From NCBI GenBank assembly GCA_964236955.1, contig CAXSGP010000011.1, positions 1 through 64,000 of the forward strand: a DNA stretch of 64,000 nt, written 5' to 3'. This DNA comes from an uncultured Oligoflexus sp. (lineage in GTDB: Bacteria > Bdellovibrionota_B > Oligoflexia > Oligoflexales > Oligoflexaceae). The notes beneath the pieces were generated by a model that worked only from the letters and a program-made list of their open reading frames with translations, made no database searches and was not told the DNA's origin. A program made the position numbers and the translations under genes. The first letter of the stretch is position 1; every line of letters begins with the position of its first letter. Of the stretch, positions 17,147 to 27,269 are shown one piece after another.

Positions 17147-19687
17147 ATGCAGCATCCGACACACACGACTCTGAGAACCGTCCTTTGTGCTTTCTTTGCT
17201 TTCATCCTGTTGGCTGCAGCTCAAACATGGGTCGTGCCCCAGTTCGACCCTTCGGCTGAGCTTTACGCATTGGGAGCTGAGAAAGAATCCACCGACCGTC
17301 CGCGAGCCGAGCGCAAGCGTGGGGATCGTAAGGCAAATACCGGCCTTTCCGATAACCTGCTGATCGATTCCATTCTTACCATCGTTCAAAACTATTATGT
17401 GGACGAGGATAGGGTCGGTAATCGTAAGCTGATGGAAGAGACGATCAGGGCCCTGGAGAAGCAAGACTTTATCCGCCTCAGTTTTCCTTCGACGGATACT
17501 TGGAACGTAACGAAGGCCAACGAAACGATAAGCTTTCGGCTGGCCGAAAAATATACCTTCGATGAGGTGGTCCGCGATTCTTTAAAGCTAGCTCGCTTTC
17601 TCGACCGTAACCCGAATCCTATTGGAAAAGATCGTAAAAAATCCGAGAAAAACGGTGCCCATCTTGTTGTTGACGCGATGCTTGCCGGTCTGGATCCGCA
17701 TAGCAACCTTCTCGATTCCGAGGAATACCGGGACCTGAAGCAAGGTACCGAAGGTTCTTTTGGGGGGCTGGGTGTAGTTGTTGGAATGCAAGACGATGTT
17801 TTGACCGTCGTCAAACCCCTTCCAAAGAGTCCTGCATCGCGAGCCGGAGTTGCGAAGCTCGATCGCATCATGCAGATCGATGACAAAAATACCTTTGGAA
17901 CAACCCTTGATGATTTGATTCAGTATATGCGCGGCGAACCCGGGACCAAGGTCCGGCTTTCGCTCTTGAAAGACGGCGATATCGCACCTCGTAATGTGAT
18001 GCTGACACGCGAAATCATTCAGGTCGATTCGGTCGAATCTAAACTTATCCCAGCACCCAAAGGCAATATTTTTTACGCCTTTATCGACAGCTTTTCCTCA
18101 CGTACGGCGGTCGAGCTGCGCGAGGCGCTCGTCAAGGCCCAGCAGAAAAAAGAACCGGTCGTTGGGATAGTTCTCGATATGCGCTCGAATCCAGGCGGCC
18201 TGCTTGATCAGGCCGTGAAGGTTGCCGATCTTTTTCTTGATGAAGGAAAGATTCTCACCACCCAGGGGCGTACTCGTGAATTCGATATGGCCAAGAAAAA
18301 CCTGTTTCACTTCGACTATCCAATCGCCATCCTCACCAATGGTGATACGGCCTCAGCCAGTGAAATCGTTGCCGGTGCACTTAAGGACCAGGGTCGCGCC
18401 GTGGTCATCGGCGAGCCAAGTTTTGGCAAGGGCTCGGTTCAGACTGTTTTTGAATTGCCAGGGGAACAAGCCCTTAAATTAACGATTGCGCGTTATTTTA
18501 CCCCCAAAGGCATCTCGATTCAAAACATAGGCATCATGCCGGATATTTGGTTGCAGCCTTTGGATAAAAATAAGTCCAACCTGAACCTGCTGGGTACCTA
18601 TCGCTATAAAAGCGAACGATTTCTCGATCACAGCCTTGATCAGGAAAAAGCAAAAATAGCGATCAATTCGTCGCGTTCTCAAAAGGCTTATTACCTGACC
18701 CCTGCCGATAAAAAAGACACTGATCCCGATGTCCCTCTCCTTTTTGCCACTAAATTTCTAAGCGAATTGGGCAAACGGGATGGTATTCCCTTTCCTCCCG
18801 AACGATTGCGAGCGTCCTATTGGAAAGCCAGCGCCGATGCCTTTGTTAAAAAGAGCCTTTTGGATTTTGATAAGGCGGCCTCAGAGTGGTTGGCGCATGA
18901 TCAGAAGATCAATTGGGCCGATGCCGGCGAAGGCAGCGACGATGATAAAAAAGTTCAGTTCACGGTGCAGATGCCCAAACGTTTGCAGATGGCTGAGGGT
19001 AAGACTCTCGAGGTCCCCTATGAGCTTCAGAACGTATCGAAGAAGCCCGTTTATCGCCTATCCGTCTATCTGAGTTCGATTCAATCCAGTCTTGGCACCA
19101 ACGAAATCCTGATCGGCAAGCTCGATCCGGGCCAAACCCAAAAGGGTACTTTGAAGTTCGATATGAAAGTATCTGCCAAAGAAGGTTCGGTACGAATGAG
19201 AGCAGGTCTGGCTCGCAGCGGCTGGCCGGTTCCCAGCCGTGAAAAGGAGTTCTATGTTGAACTCACAGAAACCAAAAAGCCCGATATTTCCGTCGATATG
19301 AGTCTGGTAGCTGAGGAAGGCGGCAAGCAGGCCGGTATTCTCGAACCAGCGGAAAACGCCAAAATCAGAGTCCTGTTACGCAATAATTCGGCGATCATCG
19401 CTCACAAGGTTGAAGTTAAGCTGGTAAGCCTCGTTGGCAAACAGATCGCTGTCGATGCCAAGTCGGTCACGCTTGGCGATATGAAGCCGGGCGAATCCAA
19501 GATCGCCCTGGTCCCCGTCCGGGCATCGACGGGAATTGTGTCTGAGGAATTAGAATTCGGAGCTTTCGTTGAAAGCGACGAATACGTTCAGCCCAACAAG
19601 GTGCACTTTGCATTACCAAGTTCGCCAAAGGCTCGCATGTCGAAATCTGATGTTCTAACAGGGACGGGGCCATGGAAAGAAAACTGA
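17147..19687 (+). CDS. Carboxyl-terminal processing protease (S41; MXAN_5808-like, with Ig-like C-terminal domains)
   Basis: LDPHS, PDZ (FGGLG), LDMRSNPGGLL, TASASEIVAGAL, SFGKGSVQ. Confidence 0.92.
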   Translation: MQHPTHTTLRTVLCAFFAFILLAAAQTWVVPQFDPSAELYALGAEKESTDRPRAERKRGDRKANTGLSDNLLIDSILTIVQNYYVDEDRVGNRKLMEETIRALEKQDFIRLSFPSTDTWNVTKANETISFRLAEKYTFDEVVRDSLKLARFLDRNPNPIGKDRKKSEKNGAHLVVDAMLAGLDPHSNLLDSEEYRDLKQGTEGSFGGLGVVVGMQDDVLTVVKPLPKSPASRAGVAKLDRIMQIDDKNTFGTTLDDLIQYMRGEPGTKVRLSLLKDGDIAPRNVMLTREIIQVDSVESKLIPAPKGNIFYAFIDSFSSRTAVELREALVKAQQKKEPVVGIVLDMRSNPGGLLDQAVKVADLFLDEGKILTTQGRTREFDMAKKNLFHFDYPIAILTNGDTASASEIVAGALKDQGRAVVIGEPSFGKGSVQTVFELPGEQALKLTIARYFTPKGISIQNIGIMPDIWLQPLDKNKSNLNLLGTYRYKSERFLDHSLDQEKAKIAINSSRSQKAYYLTPADKKDTDPDVPLLFATKFLSELGKRDGIPFPPERLRASYWKASADAFVKKSLLDFDKAASEWLAHDQKINWADAGEGSDDDKKVQFTVQMPKRLQMAEGKTLEVPYELQNVSKKPVYRLSVYLSSIQSSLGTNEILIGKLDPGQTQKGTLKFDMKVSAKEGSVRMRAGLARSGWPVPSREKEFYVELTETKKPDISVDMSLVAEEGGKQAGILEPAENAKIRVLLRNNSAIIAHKVEVKLVSLVGKQIAVDAKSVTLGDMKPGESKIALVPVRASTGIVSEELEFGAFVESDEYVQPNKVHFALPSSPKARMSKSDVLTGTGPWKEN

Positions 19688-21444
19688 GCATTGCGCTTAT
19701 TTTGGGTGCAAATCACAGCATTCGTCTCCTTGAAGTCTTCAGTCCATTGAGTGAGGATTTCGACGTCAAGGCGTTGGGTTTGCTTGATGAAATTTGCGCA
19801 GAAAGCTATTTGACAGACATCGCGCTGCAGACTTTTATCGAAGATCAGCACCTGCCGGGTTATATGCTTGGTATTGAAGAGGAGCTGTCCAAGGCTGATG
19901 TGGTGGTCGCTTCGGGTCTGCTTGACCCATCGACCTATCAGGCCTTTCGATTTGCCTATCATCATCAAAAACCCTTTATCCTCTTCTGCCAGCGGGAAGA
20001 GGAGCTGAAGCGGGCTATACTAGAGAAATCCGAGGATTTTCAAGATTGTCTCAATAACGCCAGCGGTATCCTGATATTTGATCAAAGCGTTGGTGAGACT
20101 CTGGAGTTTATGGGCTGCAGGCCCGATAAAATTTTAGTTCTCCAGCCGGAAATACAGGCTAAAAAATTCGGCTTTCATGAGAAGCTTCGACAAAAATTTC
20201 GCGAGTATCTCAAGGTTGAGAAGGATGATGTGCTCGTGGTAAGCGCGCTCAGTGATGATTTGGCTCCCTTTGAGTTGATGGCCGCCTTTAAGATGCTTGA
20301 GGCGCTTGATGCCGAACTGTTTGAGCGTGCTAAGCTTTTGTTTATAGGTAACGCTAGCAACAAGGACTCGGTTAAATACCGGGCTGTTGATCTCGGGATG
20401 ACCAAGTCCATTATGTTTATTGCCCAGGACGTCCGTCCCTTCTTTGTCGACCTCATGTCGGCGGCCGATCTCTTTGTCTCGCTGGGTGAAGGTCAGGATG
20501 AAACGGAGCGGCTATTCGCGGTTCTGGAAAGCATGGCCTGCGGTGTAAAGGTGCTTATCGATGAGAAGCACCCCATTGCCTCCATGGTTGATTCTCAATT
20601 CGTAGCAATCAATCCCCATGCTGTGGCCCTGTCACTGCGCGATGCCCTGCTTCATCCTATCGAACGTCGTGATATCATCGCTTTGGTCGATAAACATTAT
20701 ACGAATAACCATGCCGCCATTCGATTGTCTGAATTCTTGAGAAATCGCATCTCCGAAAAGCCGCTGCAGCTACCGCTGGCCGGAGACTTTGCTCATGTGC
20801 TTTCTATCCTGGCCGGCAAAGCCAGGGAAGGTCTTGAGGAATTTGAAGCGGCACTTGCCGTCGAATGGGGACGCTGGGGAAGCCATAGTGATTACCGAGG
20901 TCGGCTTCTCATCTTAAAGGGGCAAACGCTGCTCAAAGCTTGCCACTATGATGACGCCCTTTCCTGTTTTGAATTGGGTACGGCCGAAGAAGGTGTTCAG
21001 CGAGAAGCGTTTTTGGGCTTGGCCCGAATCGCCCTTTTTACCCATTCCAATGAAGAAGCACTGTCATTCTATAGGAAGGCCCTGGCGCTCAAGCCCAATG
21101 ACCCGGAAGCCATGGGAGGAATTGGTAGCGTTTATCGAAAGATAGGTATGGCTGATGAAGCCGTTTATTGGCTCGGGAAAAGTATTTCGGTCGATGTGGA
21201 AAACTCGCGCTATCTCATTGCGCTGACCCAGGCCTGCCAGGAGAGTGAGGACCATGCCCGGTCAATCTCACTCCTGGAACAGCTGAAGGTATTGCTGGGC
21301 AATAAGCCATCGCTTGTGATGTGTCTCGGGCAGCTTTACTTCAAGGTCGGCAATAATAAAAAGGGCAAAGAACTGGTAGATTTGGCTTTGGAAATGACTG
21401 CCGGCACTGGCAAGCTTATGCTCCTCCCAACCTCAGCGGCTTGA
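19672..21444 (+). CDS. GT-B (family 4-like) glycosyltransferase fused to C-terminal TPRs
   Basis: LMSAADLFV…VLESMACG; TPRs such as EEALSFYRKALALKPNDPEA; 16-nt overlap with the protease gene. Confidence 0.75.
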   Translation: MERKLSIALILGANHSIRLLEVFSPLSEDFDVKALGLLDEICAESYLTDIALQTFIEDQHLPGYMLGIEEELSKADVVVASGLLDPSTYQAFRFAYHHQKPFILFCQREEELKRAILEKSEDFQDCLNNASGILIFDQSVGETLEFMGCRPDKILVLQPEIQAKKFGFHEKLRQKFREYLKVEKDDVLVVSALSDDLAPFELMAAFKMLEALDAELFERAKLLFIGNASNKDSVKYRAVDLGMTKSIMFIAQDVRPFFVDLMSAADLFVSLGEGQDETERLFAVLESMACGVKVLIDEKHPIASMVDSQFVAINPHAVALSLRDALLHPIERRDIIALVDKHYTNNHAAIRLSEFLRNRISEKPLQLPLAGDFAHVLSILAGKAREGLEEFEAALAVEWGRWGSHSDYRGRLLILKGQTLLKACHYDDALSCFELGTAEEGVQREAFLGLARIALFTHSNEEALSFYRKALALKPNDPEAMGGIGSVYRKIGMADEAVYWLGKSISVDVENSRYLIALTQACQESEDHARSISLLEQLKVLLGNKPSLVMCLGQLYFKVGNNKKGKELVDLALEMTAGTGKLMLLPTSAA

Positions 21445-21882
21445 TCGCTGAGGCGATGGAGTGGTCGATCCAAAGCCGCCCATGCGTTGACCCCCTATAG
21501 GCAGATCAGGGATGCGGGCAACGAGGTTAAGAACCATTTGCGCCAGCCGGTCACCCTTTTGAATAGGGTACGCTTCCTCACCATGATTGATAAGGAGTAC
21601 TGCCACTTCATCGCGATAATCGGCATCGATCGTGCCGATGCCGTTGGCAAGCGTGATGCTGGCCTTACGGGCCAAGCCGGAACGCGCACGAACCTGGAGT
21701 TCGGGGATAAAGCCTTGAGGAACCTTGTCCCACTCGACACTTTCGATCCAAACGCCAGTTGGCACGACTACGACTTTGCCAGGGGGGAGCAACGCTGCTT
21801 CGCGGGCCACCAGATCACAGGCCGCGGAATGTTCTGTCATGTATTCCGGCCGACAGCCTGCTGAATAGCGAAGTTTAAACAT
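21433..21882 (-). CDS. dut: dUTP diphosphatase
   Basis: ACDL, QVRARSGLA, GTIDADYRDE, GDRLAQMV, RMGGFGST; start moved to ATG 21882. Confidence 0.95.
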   Translation of the reverse strand: MFKLRYSAGCRPEYMTEHSAACDLVAREAALLPPGKVVVVPTGVWIESVEWDKVPQGFIPELQVRARSGLARKASITLANGIGTIDADYRDEVAVLLINHGEEAYPIQKGDRLAQMVLNLVARIPDLPIGGQRMGGFGSTTPSPQRSSR

Positions 21883-22032
21883 ATAAATCCTCATCGCATG
21901 GAGAAGCCATCTCAAAAATGTAATCTCAACCCGACCGGACAAAGTCCGCTGGCGGGATTGATCTCCTATTTATGAGATGGCTTTTAGTCACTGTCCGCAA
22001 AGCTACTCTATAGAACTCAGCGCCAAATATCA

Positions 22033-22076
22033 GAAAGATGGAGGAGCCCCGGAATGGTTCAGCCGCAATCTCCATC
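22033..22076 (-). terminator. Possible terminator after pnp
   Basis: GATGGAG/CTCCATC stem followed by TTTC on minus; large loop. Confidence 0.35.
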
Positions 22077-22105
22077 AATAAAAATTGCGTCATCCATCTC
22101 CAGGC

Positions 22106-24193
22106 TTAAACTGTAGGTTTTTGCCCCAGCGCTTCTTTACGGCTCAACTTGATCTTGCCTTGGCGATCAACATCAATAATCTTAACGAGAACTTGCTCGC
22201 CTTCTTGAATAATGTCGGTCACGCGGTCCACTTTGCGATTCTCAAGCTGCGAGATGTGCAGAAGGCCTTCCAATCCCGGGCGGATCTCAACAAACGCGCC
22301 GAAGTCGACGATTTTCTTGATGAGCCCAAGATAGATCGCGCCAACTTCTGGATCAGAGGTTATGCCGCGAATCGCTTGTTTTGCACGTTCCGCCGTTGCA
22401 CCGTCTTGAGCGATGATGCTAACGATACCGTCGTCGTTGATGTCGATTTTTACGCCGAGATCAGCCACTAGCTTTTTGATCGTTTTTCCACCGGGCCCAA
22501 TCAGGTCACGAATTTTTTCCTCTTTGATTTTCATTTGGAAAATCTGCGGTGCATATTCGCTGATTTCGGCCGGGGTATTGATGGCGGCAATCAGTTTCTG
22601 AAGTATGAACTGGCGGCCAATCTTAGCCTGCTGGAGTGCTTCGCCCAGAATAGTGGTCGAAATACCAGCGATCTTGATGTCCATCTGAAGAGCGGTAATG
22701 CCTTCTTGTCCACCTGTGACCTTAAAGTCCATATCGCCAAGGTGATCTTCGTCACCGAGGATATCGGAAAGAACTGCGTATTTGCTGCCTTCCATGATAA
22801 GCCCCATCGCAATACCTGCGACCGGTTGCTTGATGGGAACACCAGCATCAAGCAGGGCCATGGTTCCGGCACAGACCGTTGCCATAGACGATGAACCGTT
22901 GGATTCAAGGACTTCAGACACCAGACGAATCGTGTAATTGAAGGACCCGGCAGGAGGAAGAACTGCTGTCAAAGCTTTTTCAGCCAAAGCTCCATGACCG
23001 ATCTCACGACGACCGAGTCCACGTAGAGGACGAGCTTCACCAACCGAGTAGGGTGGGAAGTTATAGTGAAGCATAAAGTTTTTGGTGGTGTGCGGAACCA
23101 GGATGGAATCCTGTCTTTGCTCATCATCACCGGAACCAAGGGTGATCGTTGCCAGCGCCTGCGTCTCACCGCGTGTGAAGAGCGCCGAACCATGGGTACG
23201 CTTCAGGACTTTAGTTTCGCAGGTGATTTTACGGATATCGGTGAAAGACCGGCCATCGATACGTTTTTTATCATCGAGAATCATTGCGCGCATCACGTCG
23301 TACTGGAGTTTCTCCAGAGCAACGTTGAGGCCTTTCGCAACAGCTGAGCTGCCCTCTCCATTGAGTTCCTGCGCAAGTTTCGCTTTGATGTCGCGGAAAG
23401 CCTTCTGACGAACTTGTTTTTCCTTGATGACGAGAGCATCACGAACCAGGTCTTTTGCAACGCCAGCAGCCTTAAGATAGAGGCCCTCAGCATTGGCATC
23501 GATAATCAGATCTTTTTTCTTCTTGCCGATTTCCTTTTGGATTTCGACCTGAAGATCATGAAGGGGCTTCATGCTTTTGTGGGCAAAGGTGATCGCATCG
23601 ATCATCTCTTGCTCGGACAGGAATTTAGCTGCGGCTTCAACCATTAAAACCGCATCAGGTGTCGCAGCGATTGTAAGGTCGAGATCGCTCTCTTCGCCAA
23701 GCAGAGGATCGATGATGAGTTTGCCCTCACGACGGCCGATGCGGAGAGAGGCCACGGGTCCGTTAAAGGGGATATCGCTGATCATCAGCGCAACGCTGGC
23801 TCCTGCCAAAGCAAGGCTTGCCGGATGGTGAAGCGGATCAAGGGACATGACGGTTGCAATGACTTGAGTGTCGTTGAGGTAGCCTTCAGGAAAACAGGGG
23901 CGCAAGGGACGATCGATCAGCCTTGAAGTCAGGACTTCGCCGTCGCTTGGTTTTGTTTCGCGCTTAACAAAGCCGCCGGGTATACGACCGGCGGCATAAA
24001 ACTTCTCTATATAGTCAACGCTGAGCGGGAAAAAGTCTTGACCTTCTTTAGGGGACTCGGCAGCACACACTGTCACTAGGACCTGGGTGTCTCCGCAGCT
24101 GACCATTACGGAACCACTTGCCTGCTTGGCAAATTTATTAAATTCAAAGCGGATGGTCTTGTCGCCGACTATGGCTTCCTTGATGACAGACAT
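22106..24193 (-). CDS. pnp: Polyribonucleotide nucleotidyltransferase (PNPase)
   Basis: DFFPLSVDY, RLIDRPLRP, HGSALFTRGETQ, SNGSSSMA, GDMDFKV, KH and S1 domains; start ATG 24193 with GGAG. Confidence 0.98.
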   Translation of the reverse strand: MSVIKEAIVGDKTIRFEFNKFAKQASGSVMVSCGDTQVLVTVCAAESPKEGQDFFPLSVDYIEKFYAAGRIPGGFVKRETKPSDGEVLTSRLIDRPLRPCFPEGYLNDTQVIATVMSLDPLHHPASLALAGASVALMISDIPFNGPVASLRIGRREGKLIIDPLLGEESDLDLTIAATPDAVLMVEAAAKFLSEQEMIDAITFAHKSMKPLHDLQVEIQKEIGKKKKDLIIDANAEGLYLKAAGVAKDLVRDALVIKEKQVRQKAFRDIKAKLAQELNGEGSSAVAKGLNVALEKLQYDVMRAMILDDKKRIDGRSFTDIRKITCETKVLKRTHGSALFTRGETQALATITLGSGDDEQRQDSILVPHTTKNFMLHYNFPPYSVGEARPLRGLGRREIGHGALAEKALTAVLPPAGSFNYTIRLVSEVLESNGSSSMATVCAGTMALLDAGVPIKQPVAGIAMGLIMEGSKYAVLSDILGDEDHLGDMDFKVTGGQEGITALQMDIKIAGISTTILGEALQQAKIGRQFILQKLIAAINTPAEISEYAPQIFQMKIKEEKIRDLIGPGGKTIKKLVADLGVKIDINDDGIVSIIAQDGATAERAKQAIRGITSDPEVGAIYLGLIKKIVDFGAFVEIRPGLEGLLHISQLENRKVDRVTDIIQEGEQVLVKIIDVDRQGKIKLSRKEALGQKPTV

Positions 24194-24226
24194 CGTGCGG
24201 TTACTCCAAAATGAGTTTGGCAACAG

Positions 24227-24296
24227 CCAAAATTAAAAACGTCTTTATTCCTGCCAACACTATCAAGATATTGGCGAGAGATAAAGACGCTTTGGG
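24227..24296 (-). promoter_or_regulatory. Long stem-loop between rpsO and pnp (terminator and/or RNase III site)
   Basis: CGTCTTTAT/ATAAAGACG plus GCCAATA/TGTTGGC, followed by a U-run on minus. Confidence 0.6.
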
Positions 24297-24305
24297 ATTG
24301 TATAA

Positions 24306-24575
24306 TTATTTACGAAGGCCGAGTTCGCCGATCAAAGTCTTGTACGCGCCGGCGTTTTTGCTCTTCAGGTAAGTGAGCAGACGCTTGCGCTGGCCAACGA
24401 GTTTCAAAAGCCCGAGACGCGAGTGGTGGTCTTTGGTGTGAGTCTTGAAGTGTTCGTTCAGTTGCTGAAGACGTTTTGTCATCAAAGCAACCTGAACTTC
24501 GGGAGAGCCTGAATCACCTGGCTTCTTGCCGAACTTTGTAATAATCTCGCTGGTTTGAGTTTCATTCAAAGCCAT
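24306..24575 (-). CDS. rpsO: 30S ribosomal protein S15
   Basis: [35 protein letters not shown]; 89 aa from ATG 24575. Confidence 0.98.
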   Translation of the reverse strand: MALNETQTSEIITKFGKKPGDSGSPEVQVALMTKRLQQLNEHFKTHTKDHHSRLGLLKLVGQRKRLLTYLKSKNAGAYKTLIGELGLRK

Positions 24576-24664
24576 TATTAGATCCTTCCTAAAAAACTTT
24601 CTAACAGGTTTCAAGCGCGCGAATTTCGGCTGCTGCCCCGGGTTTTCGGGCTTCGTAAGCAGGC

Positions 24665-24693
24665 AAAGTAACCAAAAGTTCCTTAGATTGCAA
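24665..24693 (-). promoter_or_regulatory. Putative sigma-70 promoter of rpsO
   Basis: TTGCAA, 17-nt spacer, TACTTT. Confidence 0.5.
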
Positions 24694-24927
24694 GCTCTCT
24701 TAACTAAGAAGAGGACAGGCTCGACACCCAAACATGCAGTCGGGTGGCGCGGGTTTGTGAAATTATGGGAGTTTTGTTTTAAATATTGACAAAACTAAGT
24801 TGGTTTGTCATTAAACGTCACTGCTGCACAGTAATGTTGGCCTTGTTTAGTTCCGCTGTTGTTCCCATTGAGTTGCTTTCTCGGGCCCAACGACTTTCTC
24901 GAGAGTCTCAATTCAGGAGGTGCTTTG

Positions 24928-25422
24928 ATGAGTTTTCCAGCCGGTCATAAAGTAGTTCATAAGACCCATGGAGTAGGCGTAATCGAAGGCACTGAAGTGC
25001 TCTCTCTTGGCGGACAAGCGCAGGATTATTATATTCTAAAGATACTGGAAAGCGGCCTTATGGTGCGATTTCCCAAGACCAGCCAAGGGCTTATCCGCGA
25101 ACTTGTCAACGATGAAGATATAGTCAATATCATCAGTATCCTTCGCAGTTCCCCCAAAACCTATTCCACAATCTGGAACCGCCGTAAAAAAGAGTTCTCC
25201 GACAAAATTCGTTCGGGTTCGCTCTTTGAAATAGCCGAGGTCCTGCGTGACCTTGTCGGCAAAGACAAATCGCGTCTGCCTTCGTTCGGTGAGCGCGAGA
25301 TGATTGAACGGGCCCGTGCCCGTTTGGTCAGCGAGATTGTCGCCGCAAAAGATACCGATGTGGCAACGATTGAGGGCCTCATCGATGGCGCTTTGGCTTT
25401 TCTTGAGCAAGCTAGTTCTTGA
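24928..25422 (+). CDS. carD: CarD/CdnL family transcription factor
   Basis: GHKVVHKTHGVGVI, WNRR (wedge Trp), IAEVLRDL, SFGER; strong RBS AGGAGGT before ATG 24928. Confidence 0.93.
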   Translation: MSFPAGHKVVHKTHGVGVIEGTEVLSLGGQAQDYYILKILESGLMVRFPKTSQGLIRELVNDEDIVNIISILRSSPKTYSTIWNRRKKEFSDKIRSGSLFEIAEVLRDLVGKDKSRLPSFGEREMIERARARLVSEIVAAKDTDVATIEGLIDGALAFLEQASS

Positions 25423-25481
25423 TGAGGCTGGAGCTTCGGAGCTAAAAGAGAGGCTTAGATTTCTGCAGGAAGACGCGTCTC

Positions 25482-26117
25482 ATGAAGATAGTAAATGTCA
25501 TGGCCTCAAGTCTCGATGGTAGAATTGGGGTTCACGATAGAGAAGGCGATACTGAAAGGCTTAATGTTGGCATGTCAAATGCCAAGGATCAGGCGCATCT
25601 TCGAAAGCAGATTGAATTAAGTGACGCAATTCTCGTCGGGGCTAGCTCGATACGCTCGAATGGAGCCTGTCTCGATCATCCCGGAAAAAACGGCAAAGCG
25701 CCGGTTTGGTTTATCTTCGCTCAAACACCCATCCCCGAATCTTATCCCTTTTGGCGACAGACTCATATTCGCCGGATTTTGGTATCCGATGGAGCCTTGC
25801 CCCTTGTTTCGGGTAGTGGTGTTGAGAACCTGGTTTATGGTTCGGCGGATCCCGCAATGTTTCTGACACTTTATCTCAAACTCCATAATTATACCCGAGC
25901 CCTCCTCTTTGGCGGCGGCGTTGTGAATAGCTGGTTTTACAAACAAAAGCTGGTCGATCAGCTGGAGCTAACCCTGGCTCCTATGATGGTTGGTCGGGTG
26001 GATGCTCCTTTTCTGGTGGCACCCGCCTTAGCACAAGCCGTGCAATTTTTGCTTGTTTCTACCTTGGTCAACGAAAGTTTTGTATTCTTGAGCTACAGCG
26101 TTATCTACGAAGCTTAA
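25482..26117 (+). CDS. RibD C-terminal / dihydrofolate-reductase-fold reductase
   Basis: MASSLDGRI, DAILVGASSIR, LFGGG, LVDQLELTLAP. Confidence 0.85.
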   Translation: MKIVNVMASSLDGRIGVHDREGDTERLNVGMSNAKDQAHLRKQIELSDAILVGASSIRSNGACLDHPGKNGKAPVWFIFAQTPIPESYPFWRQTHIRRILVSDGALPLVSGSGVENLVYGSADPAMFLTLYLKLHNYTRALLFGGGVVNSWFYKQKLVDQLELTLAPMMVGRVDAPFLVAPALAQAVQFLLVSTLVNESFVFLSYSVIYEA

Positions 26118-26156
26118 GCATGGCTTTTGATTCGGGAGCGGTATCTCGGAGAATCT

Positions 26157-27092
26157 ATGGGTCTGAGGATAAGAACGAACACGCAGGCAATAAATGCCCA
26201 AAGGCATTTAGGACTTACGAATCAGCGTCTTACGTCGACTATGGAAAAGCTCTCATCCGGTCATCGTATCAATAAAGCCGCCGACGATGCCGCCGGCCTT
26301 GCCATTGCCACCAACCTTGAATCCGATGTCCGTTCCCTTTCTCAAGCCCGCCGCAACTCACTCGATGCCGTCTCCATGCTGCAGGTTGCAGAAGGGGGTC
26401 TTGAAGAGATTACCAATATCGTTACACGGCTTAAGGAAGTGTCGGTCCAGGCTGCTTCCGATACAGTGGGTCAACAGGAGCGCCGCTATTTAAACGAAGA
26501 ATTTATGGCCCTGAAGGACGAGGTCGATCGTCTCGCCTATAGCACTGACTATAACGGAACGCGGCTCCTTATAGGCCAGCAGGACGTTTCCCCCGAGCTT
26601 TTGAATAACCATAATCTCTCTCCGCTTGAGATGCAGGTAGGCAAGGATTACCTATTACCATCCGATTCTCTCAATGCCAGAAACCCTGTTGATATTATCC
26701 GCATCGATTTCAATAAGCTGAATGCGGGGACCGAGGGACCAAACTCTTTGGGAATAGGCAGTAGCGCCAATGAAACGGGCACCCGTATCGATAGTAAACA
26801 GAGCGCTCAGCAATCGATGGCACGCATCGATTCCGCGCTCGAAAAGATAGCATCCTATCGATCAACGATAGGATCGGCCCAAAACCGTTTGATAAGCACT
26901 GAGCAAAATCTTGGTGTCACCATTGAAAACCTCTCGGCCGCTCGCTCGCGAATTATCGATGCCGATTATGCCCATGAAACGGCGGAATTCACTCAGGGCA
27001 ACATCCTCCTTCAGGCTGGATCGGCAGTCTTGACTCAGGCTAATCAGCTTCCCAACGTTGCCCTCAAACTCCTCTCCTCTATCGGCAATTAA
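26157..27092 (+). CDS. fliC: Flagellin
   Basis: MGLRIRTN, KLSSGHRINKAADDAAGLAI, SRIIDADYAHE, QANQLP; start ATG 26157. Confidence 0.97.
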   Translation: MGLRIRTNTQAINAQRHLGLTNQRLTSTMEKLSSGHRINKAADDAAGLAIATNLESDVRSLSQARRNSLDAVSMLQVAEGGLEEITNIVTRLKEVSVQAASDTVGQQERRYLNEEFMALKDEVDRLAYSTDYNGTRLLIGQQDVSPELLNNHNLSPLEMQVGKDYLLPSDSLNARNPVDIIRIDFNKLNAGTEGPNSLGIGSSANETGTRIDSKQSAQQSMARIDSALEKIASYRSTIGSAQNRLISTEQNLGVTIENLSAARSRIIDADYAHETAEFTQGNILLQAGSAVLTQANQLPNVALKLLSSIGN

Positions 27093-27269
27093 TCTCTCAT
27101 ATCTTGTGTCTCCGGGGTTTATACACTATTGAAGGGTGGATAAGGCAAGACACTGTAACCAGCCGCTGCTGCACAGTTTCTACCCGGGCTTTAGACCCCG
27201 CTCCTCAAGCTCTCGGGTTGATGTCTGGCTTTATCGGACTTTCCATCATCGGGGATCGAGGGCAAATCC

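Noticed and set aside
21904..21983. SRP (4.5S) RNA, since ftsY is in the window
   Set aside because: No CAGG…GRAA…AGCAG domain IV motif on either strand.
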